From positions 3,568 through 67,567 of IMG/VR virus record IMGVR_UViG_3300031993_000068: a stretch of DNA of 64,000 bases. One strand, 5' to 3'. Shown one piece after another: positions 16,703 through 25,377 of this stretch. Both the position numbers and the translations under genes were made by a program. Position 1 is the stretch's first letter. The number at the start of each line of letters is the position of its first letter. Under the pieces are notes generated by a model. That model was not told where the DNA came from. It searched no databases and saw nothing but the letters and a program-made list of their open reading frames with translations. The stretch comes from a virus. Its lineage: Duplodnaviria; Caudoviricetes.

Positions 16703-17887
16703 GTGGCAGAATTGCTTGCTACCATGAACATCTACTACAACCTTACCTACCCGTCGCGGGAAATCTCCCCCATCCGGGTAATCATCACGCACCGAGGAAA
16801 GGTGTACCGAAAAGCCGTGGGACTGTCCGTCAAGAGCAAGAACTGGACGGGCAAGCGGAGCGGAAATGTCAAGATAGACTCCGCGCTCCGCGTCATCCTC
16901 GTGGGTCTGCAATCCACCCTTGACGAGTGGTCTGACGAGCAAGCCATTTTAAGGGCGTTAGAGCGCGTTCAAGACGGTGGTTGGATAGATGATACCACTA
17001 AAGTGGTAAACACGCGAAATACGCCCTCTTTTTGGTCTTATTGGGCATCCTGGGCAGAGAAGTCCAACCCTGCCAAACGCCAACGCAAAAATTCGATGGT
17101 CTTAATCCAACGGCTGATGGGAACGCAGCACAACTGGGATGACATTGATTCTGCCTTCTGCTTCAAGTTGCTTGAGAAGATGAATGACGAAGGATATTCC
17201 AAGAACTACCAAGGGAGCGTCATCGCCAAGATAAAGACCGTGATGAGCGAGGGGCAGAAACTCAAGTACCACAACAACTCCGAATACCGAGAGTTCAAGA
17301 AGCCGTCCAACGAAGCTGATACGGCATACCTCACACGCAAGGAACTGGACAAGCTCTGGAATCTCGAACTCACCTCCACCACGGAGAAGAACGCCCGTGA
17401 TCTACTCATCATCGGTTGCTATACGGGTGCGCGATGGGAGGACTTCTCCAAGTTCAGCCGTGACAATATCGTTGACGGCAAGTTCCGCTACATCCAGAGA
17501 AAGACTGGCGAAAGGGTTGTGCTGCCGTTATCCCCACGGCTCAAGGAAGCACTCAAACGCAACGGATGGGTAGCACCGAAGATGAATGACGTGGTGTTCA
17601 ATCGTGTTGTCAAGACCGTGTGCATGAAAGCCGGAATCAACGATATGGTGGAAGTCCGCAGAAGCAAGGGCAACCAGTTCGAGCATACACGGGAGCCGAA
17701 GTACAAGATGATTTCATCGCACACTTGCCGCAGGACTCTATGCACCCTACTCGACCAGGAGGGAGTGCCGATGCGCGAGATTATGACGGTATCGGGACAC
17801 AAGAACCTGGCATCGCTACTGAAGTATCTGCGGAAAAGTGAACGGGACACCGAGGAAATTTTTGGCAGGGTCAAATTTTTCAAATAA
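16703..17887 (+). CDS. int: Full-length tyrosine integrase (arm-binding + SAM-like + catalytic)
   Basis: N-terminal VYRKAVGLSV..KNW arm domain; GARWED, QRKT, HTCR, SGH, LLKY; probable ATG 16724. Confidence 0.9.
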   Translation: MAELLATMNIYYNLTYPSREISPIRVIITHRGKVYRKAVGLSVKSKNWTGKRSGNVKIDSALRVILVGLQSTLDEWSDEQAILRALERVQDGGWIDDTTKVVNTRNTPSFWSYWASWAEKSNPAKRQRKNSMVLIQRLMGTQHNWDDIDSAFCFKLLEKMNDEGYSKNYQGSVIAKIKTVMSEGQKLKYHNNSEYREFKKPSNEADTAYLTRKELDKLWNLELTSTTEKNARDLLIIGCYTGARWEDFSKFSRDNIVDGKFRYIQRKTGERVVLPLSPRLKEALKRNGWVAPKMNDVVFNRVVKTVCMKAGINDMVEVRRSKGNQFEHTREPKYKMISSHTCRRTLCTLLDQEGVPMREIMTVSGHKNLASLLKYLRKSERDTEEIFGRVKFFK

Positions 17888-17892
17888 CTTTG
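17861..17892 (+). promoter_or_regulatory. Consensus promoter in the integrase 3' end
   Basis: TTTG 17861-17864, N20, TAACTTTG 17885-17892. Confidence 0.7.
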
Positions 17893-17954
17893 CCGTGTCT
17901 TGCCCCGTTCTTGGGGCGAGTCATAACTCAAATTTAGTTTGTATAAACATTCGG

Positions 17955-17985
17955 CCTCCTCGCAGTGATGTGCGGAGGTTTTTTT
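17955..17985 (+). terminator. Intrinsic terminator
   Basis: CCTC..CGCA/TGCG.GAGG hairpin plus T7. Confidence 0.7.
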
Positions 17986-19024
17986 ATTTGACAAAAATAT
18001 CATCCGGCAAATCTTCCCACTCTATCTCTCTTATGAGTTTTTCCACTTGCACCCTTTGCTCCCAAGTCCCGTTGCCATCCTCTAACCATTTCCTCGCATC
18101 CACAATCCCATCGTGCGTCCAGACTTTAGTCCCCAAATTATCGACCTCCTTAGTTGGGGACTTCTCCTTTGGCTTTTTCGTTTCCGTGGGGGACTTCTTT
18201 GCGTAATTCTGCACACGCGAGGTTTCTAACATCTCTATGCTTACCTTAACCTTTAGGGGTGAGTCCTTGGAATCGAAACCTTCAAAGTAATACCGTGGCA
18301 ACTGAAGCCCCCAATGATAAAAATATGCCCCCTTCCCGATGCACCACAAACCACGATCTCCGTCGAAGTTAAATTCCTTGGGGTCGAAATCACGAAGGAA
18401 CAACTGTCTTGTCCCCTTGGGTGTAATTAAGACTATCCCTTCGTGAACCTCGGTTAATTTCTCCGTCGCCTTCCTCTGCTTCTTGTTGTAGGACTTGACA
18501 ATGGACTTTCTTTTTTGTGGATTCCGCAGTTTTGGGGCTTCCAATTTTGCCTTCCCATATTTCCTCACAAACAACAAGTGAAAGTCCTTCCGCATTAAAT
18601 CCTCCCTCTTGAATCGGATTGTCTTGATGCCGATAAACGCAAAGACCTTATCTCGGTTGATGTCCCAGGACTGCGCCTTTGGATCGTGGTGCTGTATGCC
18701 ATCTATCTCCACGGCGACATTATCCTCCTCGCAGAAAAAATCTAAGTAGTAACTGACATTCTCAATATTGAAATAGACCTCCCTCTTGAATGGTATCCCC
18801 AAGTCCTTGGTCTTTTCGATGAACATATTTTCAAGATAGGAGTCGAACGCAAGATGTTTCTTCCGATTCGCCTCCGCAGTAGCAAGCAAATGTGGAGATA
18901 CATCTGCCTTGTCAATCCTCTTGACTCTAACAAGTGTGCAACTTGATTCAGTATAGACGCTCAATGATTTCGTAGTGTTCGTGAGCCTTGCCCCCGAACT
19001 CGTCTGCAAATTTGAATTTTTCAA
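17984..19024 (-). CDS. DUF559/Vsr-like endonuclease domain protein with C-terminal extension
   Basis: FKRE...YYLDFFC...VAVEIDGIQH...RDK.F...GIKTIRF. Confidence 0.8.
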   Translation of the reverse strand: MKNSNLQTSSGARLTNTTKSLSVYTESSCTLVRVKRIDKADVSPHLLATAEANRKKHLAFDSYLENMFIEKTKDLGIPFKREVYFNIENVSYYLDFFCEEDNVAVEIDGIQHHDPKAQSWDINRDKVFAFIGIKTIRFKREDLMRKDFHLLFVRKYGKAKLEAPKLRNPQKRKSIVKSYNKKQRKATEKLTEVHEGIVLITPKGTRQLFLRDFDPKEFNFDGDRGLWCIGKGAYFYHWGLQLPRYYFEGFDSKDSPLKVKVSIEMLETSRVQNYAKKSPTETKKPKEKSPTKEVDNLGTKVWTHDGIVDARKWLEDGNGTWEQRVQVEKLIREIEWEDLPDDIFVK

Positions 19025-19053
19025 AATAGTGTCCTTAATGGGTTAGCACGGGA

Positions 19054-19833
19054 CTATCCCAAGGCATACCGTGTCGCGCCGTCCATAATAGCGACATAGG
19101 AATGGGTATGGAATGTGTACTCACCATCGGTATAGTCAAAGGCTTCCTGACCGCATCCTCTTCCCACGGGGACATACTCGACAGTAGGGAGTATGCGCGT
19201 GAAGAGTCCGACAGTTTCGCCAAGGGCTATGACATTCTGGAGTGTAGCCGTCCCGCAGTGTAATTTTTTCCGTAGGTATTTGTTGGACATCCCTCTATCC
19301 ACGAAGTTCTCGATGCCATAACGACGGAGTTGTTTTTTGGCGCGGTTGATGACCCGTGCCGGAGTTCCCATTTCTGGTTCCCGTGCTAATTTTGTCGTTT
19401 GCGTCAAGTAGTCCCGTTTCCGTTGGGTATCCACTATGATATTCGCTCTAAGTGCAAGTTCGATGTCCTTGTAGTTGCCAAGGAGAACCACGGAAGGGTT
19501 GAGTTTGATGTCCCGATCCCGTGGTGTCCACCATATCAGCCTTGACTTGTCCTGCACCTTCCTCGCACGGATTCGCTTGAAGCTCGCATAGACGAATCCC
19601 TTTCGCTTGGTGATGGTGGCTGCGCCGAGGCTGACAAGTGTGGTGAGGTATCTCCGTGCCGTAGCGGAGGAGCATCCGGCAATCTCGCCCAGGGCGATGT
19701 GGATGCGTGAGAGGTTCTTTCCTTTGACGATGGAAGTGCGCCTCTTGACGGCAACGAGAAACGCAAGTTCCCGGACGATGTTGTTCTTCACCGCCGACCT
19801 AAGTAGGACTGTTGCGACTCTCGTCTGGTACAT
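19054..19833 (-). CDS. Basic DNA-binding protein with two wHTH-like segments
   Basis: LGEIAGCSSATARRYL and MSNKYLRKKLHCGTATLQNVI; Arg/Lys-rich. Confidence 0.65.
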   Translation of the reverse strand: MYQTRVATVLLRSAVKNNIVRELAFLVAVKRRTSIVKGKNLSRIHIALGEIAGCSSATARRYLTTLVSLGAATITKRKGFVYASFKRIRARKVQDKSRLIWWTPRDRDIKLNPSVVLLGNYKDIELALRANIIVDTQRKRDYLTQTTKLAREPEMGTPARVINRAKKQLRRYGIENFVDRGMSNKYLRKKLHCGTATLQNVIALGETVGLFTRILPTVEYVPVGRGCGQEAFDYTDGEYTFHTHSYVAIMDGATRYALG

Positions 19834-20091
19834 AAAACGGGCGTAGCGACAGGATTTCTGCCGCTACGCTTCGTAGAGTGTTTGAGTCTTGACCCTTCTA
19901 CTTTCGTAGTACGCCACCGGGCTTTCGACTCGGATGTTGCTCGTTTCGTGTTGTATAGTTGTCGCTCTCGCGGTAACTTCTATGTCTTAGTCGCAGTATG
20001 CCGGTGGCGTTTGGCAGTCTGCCGTACTGCCACAAAAGTACAACGCCCACACAACTTTTCCTACGATTGTTAATATCGTTGTGGATAACTT

Positions 20092-20424
20092 TCACAATTT
20101 CCCCTCAAGGCTCTGCCTCATCACGGTCTCAATCATCCACCGCAACACCCGATTCTCCCTCTTGAGCCGTTCAATCTCCGTTTCGTTGTTCCGCAGTTCC
20201 CCAGGGTAGTCGCTCTTCCCGAACAAGAAGTCCTCGTTCACCATCGGGAAAGCCTTTCGTATCTTCCCCGCGTAGTAAAGGCTCATCGGGTACTTGCCCT
20301 TCATCAGCCGTGAGAGCGAAGCCGGTTGCAGGTCGCACCTCCGTGCGAACTCTGCCTGGTTCCCTCGCGCAAGCGCGTCCACGAGCGTCCGTAGCCTCTC
20401 GCCTATGTCATTAACCGTTTCCAT
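20092..20424 (-). CDS. XRE HTH regulator
   Basis: NQAEFARRCDLQPASLSRL; AFP.VN.DFLFG. Confidence 0.85.
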   Translation of the reverse strand: METVNDIGERLRTLVDALARGNQAEFARRCDLQPASLSRLMKGKYPMSLYYAGKIRKAFPMVNEDFLFGKSDYPGELRNNETEIERLKRENRVLRWMIETVMRQSLEGKL

Positions 20425-20458
20425 CGTATAAGTGTCTTAAATCGCCTAAAAACCGCCT

Positions 20459-21085
20459 TTAATCGTGTCCTATGTGTCCGACCACGAGTCCCACCCCGTA
20501 GATGGAGTTCTTCCGCACCGTGTAGTCGGGATAACTCGCGGTGTTGTCGGAGTGGCACACCACGGAATTGTCATCGTCTCGGTCTGGGTACAACCGCTTG
20601 ACAACGCATCCCTGCGAGGTGGCGAGGACATATATCTTGCCCCACTGGAAGAAGGATGGATCGTCCACCTTCTTCACGAGGAGCAGTTCGCCACTCTGGA
20701 ATCTCGGTGTCATACTATCCCCATCCACACGAATCACGAAGTCCGCGCCACGGGTGACGGCTTTCGGGACTGCGATGGTTTCGGGATAGGAGTCCTCGAA
20801 GGTTTCCTTGAGATGTCCTGCCACGGCATCGAAGGGTACGAGTGGCAGGTCAATGGTGGTGTTCTCAAATTTCGGTTTAGCACCGAGCAGGAGTTCGTAG
20901 GCATCCAGGTCGGGGCAAGCCTTGAGGATGCTGACAAGACTTGTGATGCGGAGTTCCTGCCCTTCGCGGTAGAAGGTAGTGCCGTCGATGCCACAATGTT
21001 TCGCAAAATCGCCCGCACTCATGCCTCTCGCCTTGTAGTAGTCCATGATTCTCCGTTTCACCACGGGTTGTTCTTTTTCGGCCAT
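20459..21085 (-). CDS. cI: CI-like repressor with S24 autopeptidase domain
   Basis: N-terminal HTH; FVIRVDGDSMTPRF and CVVKRL S24 motifs; ATG 21085. Confidence 0.9.
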   Translation of the reverse strand: MAEKEQPVVKRRIMDYYKARGMSAGDFAKHCGIDGTTFYREGQELRITSLVSILKACPDLDAYELLLGAKPKFENTTIDLPLVPFDAVAGHLKETFEDSYPETIAVPKAVTRGADFVIRVDGDSMTPRFQSGELLLVKKVDDPSFFQWGKIYVLATSQGCVVKRLYPDRDDDNSVVCHSDNTASYPDYTVRKNSIYGVGLVVGHIGHD

Positions 21086-21173
21086 AGTGTTGTGTTTTAG
21101 TTGTTTGCAATAACCGTTGGTGGTGGCGTTTCTGCTCAAGCGAAAAATTTTTCAAAAATTTATGAATAAATCC

Positions 21174-21204
21174 TTGCTAAAACGAAAATTAGTCCCTATA
21201 TTTG
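21174..21204 (+). promoter_or_regulatory. Rightward lytic promoter (PR-like)
   Basis: TTG 21174-21176, N20, TATATTTG 21197-21204. Confidence 0.7.
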
Positions 21205-21286
21205 CTCTCGGTTTCTAAATGAACGGACTGCTCAAGAGAAACCCCCGACCCCCAAACGAGCCTCATACAATGTTGTTTTCCAAAGG

Positions 21287-21317
21287 CAAAGTTAGGGAAA
21301 TGGATTCACAAAAGCAA
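21287..21317 (-). promoter_or_regulatory. Leftward repressor promoter
   Basis: Minus strand TTG (21315-21317), N20, TAACTTTG (21287-21294). Confidence 0.65.
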
Positions 21318-21761
21318 GTCCGTCTATGAATAAACCGAAACAAAGTTTTTCGCAAGAGAAACAAGGGATAGGCCCCTATAAGTTCCCGACTCGGTGGGTT
21401 CGAGTATCCAAAATGGTGTCGGTCGAAAGACGCGCTCCACCAAGACCCGATGGCAGACCAGACTGCTTCCAAGATGAGCATACCTCCGACGGGGTACAAG
21501 GTTGGCGCAAGGCGCACAACAGACCACACGGAACTGGCATAGCAACAGCCGAGAGGCATTGTCTATACCTCGTGCTTGGAAAGACAAAAAAAGGCGTTTT
21601 AACTCCACCATGAGGCATAATCCCATAATCATATAAGTTCTTTGAAGTCCTCATGCGGTGTCCCAAGTGCCGAACAGAAGCGAGGAGGGGAACGTTTTTT
21701 CATACATACTTTTTCAAACTAAGCAAGCGATTTGGAAGTCCAGCCGTGAGGTTCGGCGCAA

Positions 21762-21907
21762 GCTGCGGTGGTGTAATTGGTAGCAACAACGGGCGACGCA
21801 ACGGAGAGTTAATTGCAAGCAATTCGTATTTCTTCACGGTTCAGATAAGTGGTCAGCAATTTATCTTGTCGCGCTGATGGTGGTGGGTTCGACTCCCCCT
21901 CGTGGCT
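21762..21907 (+). ncRNA. tRNA-like RNA 1 with enlarged anticodon arm
   Basis: Acceptor GCTGCGG/TCGTGGC; D-like GTGTAATTGGTAGCAAC; stem GCGAC/GTCGC; T-arm GTGGG-TTCGACT-CCCCC. Confidence 0.6.
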
Positions 21908-22005
21908 CTGACCCTCTTGGGTACTAATACTCATCTTTGTTTGTTTCCTTGTGGCACTCTGCCACATCTGGCGTTCTGCCGAATGTTTGCATTATGATTT
22001 CAATC

Positions 22006-22038
22006 ACCTCTTCGCCGTGATGGTGCGGAGGTTTCTTT
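22006..22038 (+). terminator. Terminator ahead of the first middle gene
   Basis: ACCTC..CGC/GCG.GAGGT hairpin plus TTTCTTT. Confidence 0.6.
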
Positions 22039-22060
22039 GACAACCAATGATACATTATAT

Positions 22061-22312
22061 ATGATTAGACTCGATTTAATTTCCGGCGAGAGCCGCAAGT
22101 GGCGGGAGTTCTTCTCCGCTATCGAATCCGGCGACAAATGCACCTTCCCCGTCGAAGATTTCAAGACGGTCGAAACCATCCGTGCCGCCGCCTACCAGTT
22201 CAACCTACGGGAGCAGAGGGAATATAGGCTCACGGTTTCAGCGAAGCCGTCCGAAACGCCCATCCTCGTGACCATCGCAACCGAGATGAGAGATGGACTT
22301 CGTGAAGGATGA
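22061..22312 (+). CDS. Hypothetical protein
   Basis: 83 aa from ATG 22061. Confidence 0.6.
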   Translation: MIRLDLISGESRKWREFFSAIESGDKCTFPVEDFKTVETIRAAAYQFNLREQREYRLTVSAKPSETPILVTIATEMRDGLREG

Positions 22313-22997
22313 TTGGGATGTCCGAGGCATACCGACAAGTGAGGCTAAAGAATGGGTGCTATACAAGCATTACGCACATCGCCTTCCTTGCATCGTGTAC
22401 TCCTTCGGTCTCTACCTGATAGGGGGGGGGCAGACAAGTCCTTTATTATCAGGCGTTTGCACCTTCGGCATCCCGGCATCCAACGACCTTATTCTCGGTT
22501 CTATGGGCGAGGAATACAAGGGTATGTTCCTTGAGTTGAACCGTCTGGTAGTCAATGACGGTCTGCCACGGAACGCACTATCGTTCTTCGTCTCCAGATG
22601 CCTCCAGATGCTACCCCGTCCGTTGGTAGTTGTCTCCTACGCAGACAGTAGTATGGGACACCACGGCTACATCTATCAGGCGACCAACTGGATATATACC
22701 GGCTTGTCAACGCCTCACACCGACTACAAGATAAAGGGACAAGAGGACAAGCACAACCGGCATCTGGGAGGTGACACATTCTCGCTCAAGGCACTTCAAG
22801 ACAAGTTCGGTGCAGAGAATGTCTATGCCGTGGAAAGACCTCGGAAATATCGGTACTTCCAGTTCCTTGGTGACAAACGGCAACGGCGCAAGATGCAGGG
22901 CGATCTAAAATACCCTATCGTATCGGAATATCCCAAAGGTGACAACATCCGCTACGATGCTTCTTATGAAACAACACCGAATCTAACATTGTTCTAA
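22293..22997 (+). CDS. Mom-like (GNAT-fold) DNA modification protein
   Basis: HYAH..P, GVCTFG.PAS, LELNRL, VVSYAD..MGH.GYIYQATNWIYTG; in-frame G9 at 22422-22430. Confidence 0.75.
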   Translation: MDFVKDDWDVRGIPTSEAKEWVLYKHYAHRLPCIVYSFGLYLIGGGQTSPLLSGVCTFGIPASNDLILGSMGEEYKGMFLELNRLVVNDGLPRNALSFFVSRCLQMLPRPLVVVSYADSSMGHHGYIYQATNWIYTGLSTPHTDYKIKGQEDKHNRHLGGDTFSLKALQDKFGAENVYAVERPRKYRYFQFLGDKRQRRKMQGDLKYPIVSEYPKGDNIRYDASYETTPNLTLF

Positions 22998-23221
22998 TGG
23001 AATTAGATGACCTCATCACCATCGGGCAGACCATCACCGAGGTCATAACCGATATGAAAATCCGTGACGAGATACCGATGACCCGTCACCAGGCGGCTAT
23101 CTACCTCGGTGTCTCCGAATCTACAATCAACAACTATGTCAAGAGTGGCAAGCTGACGAAGAAAACCAAGCACGGCATCGTCGGCTATCTCCCCTCCGAC
23201 CTAAGAAACCTACGCAAATGA
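22997..23221 (+). CDS. Excisionase-like HTH protein
   Basis: MTRHQAAIYLGVSESTINNYVKSG. Confidence 0.75.
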   Translation: MELDDLITIGQTITEVITDMKIRDEIPMTRHQAAIYLGVSESTINNYVKSGKLTKKTKHGIVGYLPSDLRNLRK

Positions 23222-23382
23222 AAGCACTCGGATACACATTCGCAATACTCGGCACTATTGCCTTTATCTCACTCTTCTTCGGTTACACGCACCAGATTCT
23301 CATGGTGGCCGTCTGCGGCCTTATGGCCCACGCGCTCCTCACGGAAAGCAAGACCGAAGAGAAAGGTAAAGGCGGGTTCTAA
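23218..23382 (+). CDS. Small two-TM membrane protein (54 aa)
   Basis: Hand-translated MKALGYTFAILGTIAFISLFFG... Confidence 0.5.
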   Translation: MKALGYTFAILGTIAFISLFFGYTHQILMVAVCGLMAHALLTESKTEEKGKGGF

Positions 23383-23547
23383 GAAAGGCAGGACTTGTCG
23401 GGTCTCGCATAGGCCGTAATCCATTACCGCCACGGGTGCCAGAGTCTTTTTTAGCGTGGCGCGTTGGCAAACCCTGGAACCCTCAATGTCCATAGCAGGG
23501 AAATTTCGGCACGGCTGACTCTCGCCCTCTCAAAGCAGAGGGTTTCC

Positions 23548-23651
23548 GTCACGGCGGTGTGATGGTCACAACGTCCGGCAACCTCTCTCAGTGAATGTAG
23601 TTAGAATACAAGTTGCGCGTGAAGATGGGAGTCCGACTCTCCCCCGTGGCA
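23548..23651 (+). ncRNA. tRNA-like RNA 2 (same family as 21762-21907)
   Basis: Acceptor GTCACGG/CCGTGGC; D-like GTGTGATGGTCACAAC; stem GCAAC/GTTGC; T-arm GGGAG-TCCGACT-CTCCC. Confidence 0.6.
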
Positions 23652-23675
23652 CGAATACTCAAATCCATTTTTACT

Positions 23676-24776
23676 ATGCAGTTCACAACCAACATCAAGG
23701 ACTTCGTGAAAGTCCTGTCAACGGCTATCAAGGCCGTCCCCGCGAAAGCCGCGTTCCCGATGATGGAGAACTTCCTCATCACCGTGGACGATGGCGTTCA
23801 CATCAAGGCAACCGATGGAAGCATCACCATCGAGTCACACACCGACGCGCAAGGACAAGGCGAGGCGTGTATCAACGCCAAACTCTTGCTCGATGCCGTG
23901 TCGCTCCTCCCTGACGGCGATCTCACCCTCGCCACCGATGACAACACTTGCACCATCAAGTACAACAAGGGACAGTTCACCCTTCCGTGTTTCCCCACCG
24001 AGGACTTCCCCAACACGCCCTATCCGTTAGCGGAGGATATGACGGTCATCCCTTGTGGCGAACTCAAGTCCGCGCTCAAGTATGTCCTTCCGTCCGTCGC
24101 CACCGACCAACTCCGACCCGCTATGTGTGGCGTGTTCTTTAACCCCACCGACACGGGACTCGACCTCGTGGCAAGCGACAGTCATTCTTTGTCGCTCCAG
24201 AAGGTCGGATGCTTCGTCAAGACCAAGGCGTTCATCCTTCCATCCTCGGCGGCAAAGTTCCTCGTCGGCCAACTCCCCGACACCGATGATGATGTGACCA
24301 TCGCCACGAATGACAGTGCCGCGTCCTTCACCTTCGGTAACACGCAGATGGATGTGGTGACAATCGTGGGGAAGTTCCCCAACTACAACCAAGTCATCCC
24401 GACCAACAACGGCAACACATTGACCGCGAAGGTAGCGGACTTGCTTGCGACCGTCAAGCGCGTTGCGACTTGCGCTAACAAGGCAAGCCAAGTTATCAAG
24501 GTGACGCTCTCGACCCTCGGCGGTGCGACCATTGAGGCGCAGGATGTCGGCTTCGGATGTTCTGCCAAGGAGGACATGGACTGCGTACAGTACAACGGTA
24601 CGGACATGACCATCGGCTTCAAACACGAATTGCTCTCCAACTTGCTCGGTGCATTGGGCGAGGAGGATGTCAAGATAGACATGGATTCTCCGCGAAAGGC
24701 GGTGCTTATCAGTACGGATGACGAGAGCCGCAAGGCTATCCTCATGCCCGTAGCGGTAACGGAAAACACTAAGTAA
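23676..24776 (+). CDS. dnaN: DNA polymerase III beta sliding clamp
   Basis: 366 aa; ATD..LRPAMCGVF, LVASDSHSL, GKFPNY..VIP, IGF...LL and ILMPV. Confidence 0.95.
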   Translation: MQFTTNIKDFVKVLSTAIKAVPAKAAFPMMENFLITVDDGVHIKATDGSITIESHTDAQGQGEACINAKLLLDAVSLLPDGDLTLATDDNTCTIKYNKGQFTLPCFPTEDFPNTPYPLAEDMTVIPCGELKSALKYVLPSVATDQLRPAMCGVFFNPTDTGLDLVASDSHSLSLQKVGCFVKTKAFILPSSAAKFLVGQLPDTDDDVTIATNDSAASFTFGNTQMDVVTIVGKFPNYNQVIPTNNGNTLTAKVADLLATVKRVATCANKASQVIKVTLSTLGGATIEAQDVGFGCSAKEDMDCVQYNGTDMTIGFKHELLSNLLGALGEEDVKIDMDSPRKAVLISTDDESRKAILMPVAVTENTK

Positions 24777-24782
24777 CGCACC

Positions 24783-25376
24783 ATGAAAGAATTACTCACG
24801 ATTCAGCAGAAACTCAACGCGCCGAAGAATCAGTACAACTCCTTCGGCAAGTATGCGTACCGTTCGTGCGAGGACATCCTGATGGCGGTCAAGCCACTCC
24901 TCGCGGAAACGGAATGTACCCTCACTTGTCAAGATGACATCGCCCTGGTCGGCGACCGCTTCTATGTCAAGGCTACCTACACGCTCACCAACAAGGACGG
25001 CAAGACCGTTTCGGCTACGGGTTACGCAAGAGAGCAGGAGAAGGTCACGGGGCAGATAGAGGCGCAGATTACGGGGGCGGCTTCGTCCTACGCAAGAAAG
25101 TACGCGCTCAACGCCCTCTTCTGCATCGACGATAACAAAGACCCCGATGCAACGAACACACACGGCAAGGATGCCCCGAAAACGCCCAAAACAAAGCCTA
25201 CAACGGACGCAAACGTAAAAGACGATACCGATTACTTAGGCGAGGCTTTACGAGCCGTAGAGGGCGCGAAATCGAAGGCAGAACTTGATGTTCTCTACAA
25301 CACCTACGGCGTGAAGGTCGGATACAACAAAGCCTTCCTCGATGCCCTCAACTCCAAGAACAAGACATTCAAGTAG
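24783..25376 (+). CDS. erf: ERF-family single-strand annealing protein
   Basis: LNAPKNQYNSFGKYAYRSCEDIL..VKP and QITGAASSYARKYAL..LF.IDD. Confidence 0.9.
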   Translation: MKELLTIQQKLNAPKNQYNSFGKYAYRSCEDILMAVKPLLAETECTLTCQDDIALVGDRFYVKATYTLTNKDGKTVSATGYAREQEKVTGQIEAQITGAASSYARKYALNALFCIDDNKDPDATNTHGKDAPKTPKTKPTTDANVKDDTDYLGEALRAVEGAKSKAELDVLYNTYGVKVGYNKAFLDALNSKNKTFK

Positions 25377-25377
25377 C

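Noticed and set aside
16587-21255. 13-bp direct repeat CCCCGACCCCCAA (16587, 21243) flanking the lysogeny module as att sites
   Set aside because: Tens of chance 13-mer pairs are expected in 64 kb, the sequence is low complexity, and there is no other support.
21389-21405. GGTGGGTTCGAGT as a fourth T-arm
   Set aside because: It pairs better as a plain ACTCG/CGAGT hairpin, and I found no acceptor stem.
21762-23651. Functional decoding tRNA genes
   Set aside because: No 7-nt anticodon loop, an extra base in the D-stem and no CCA; reported as tRNA-like instead.
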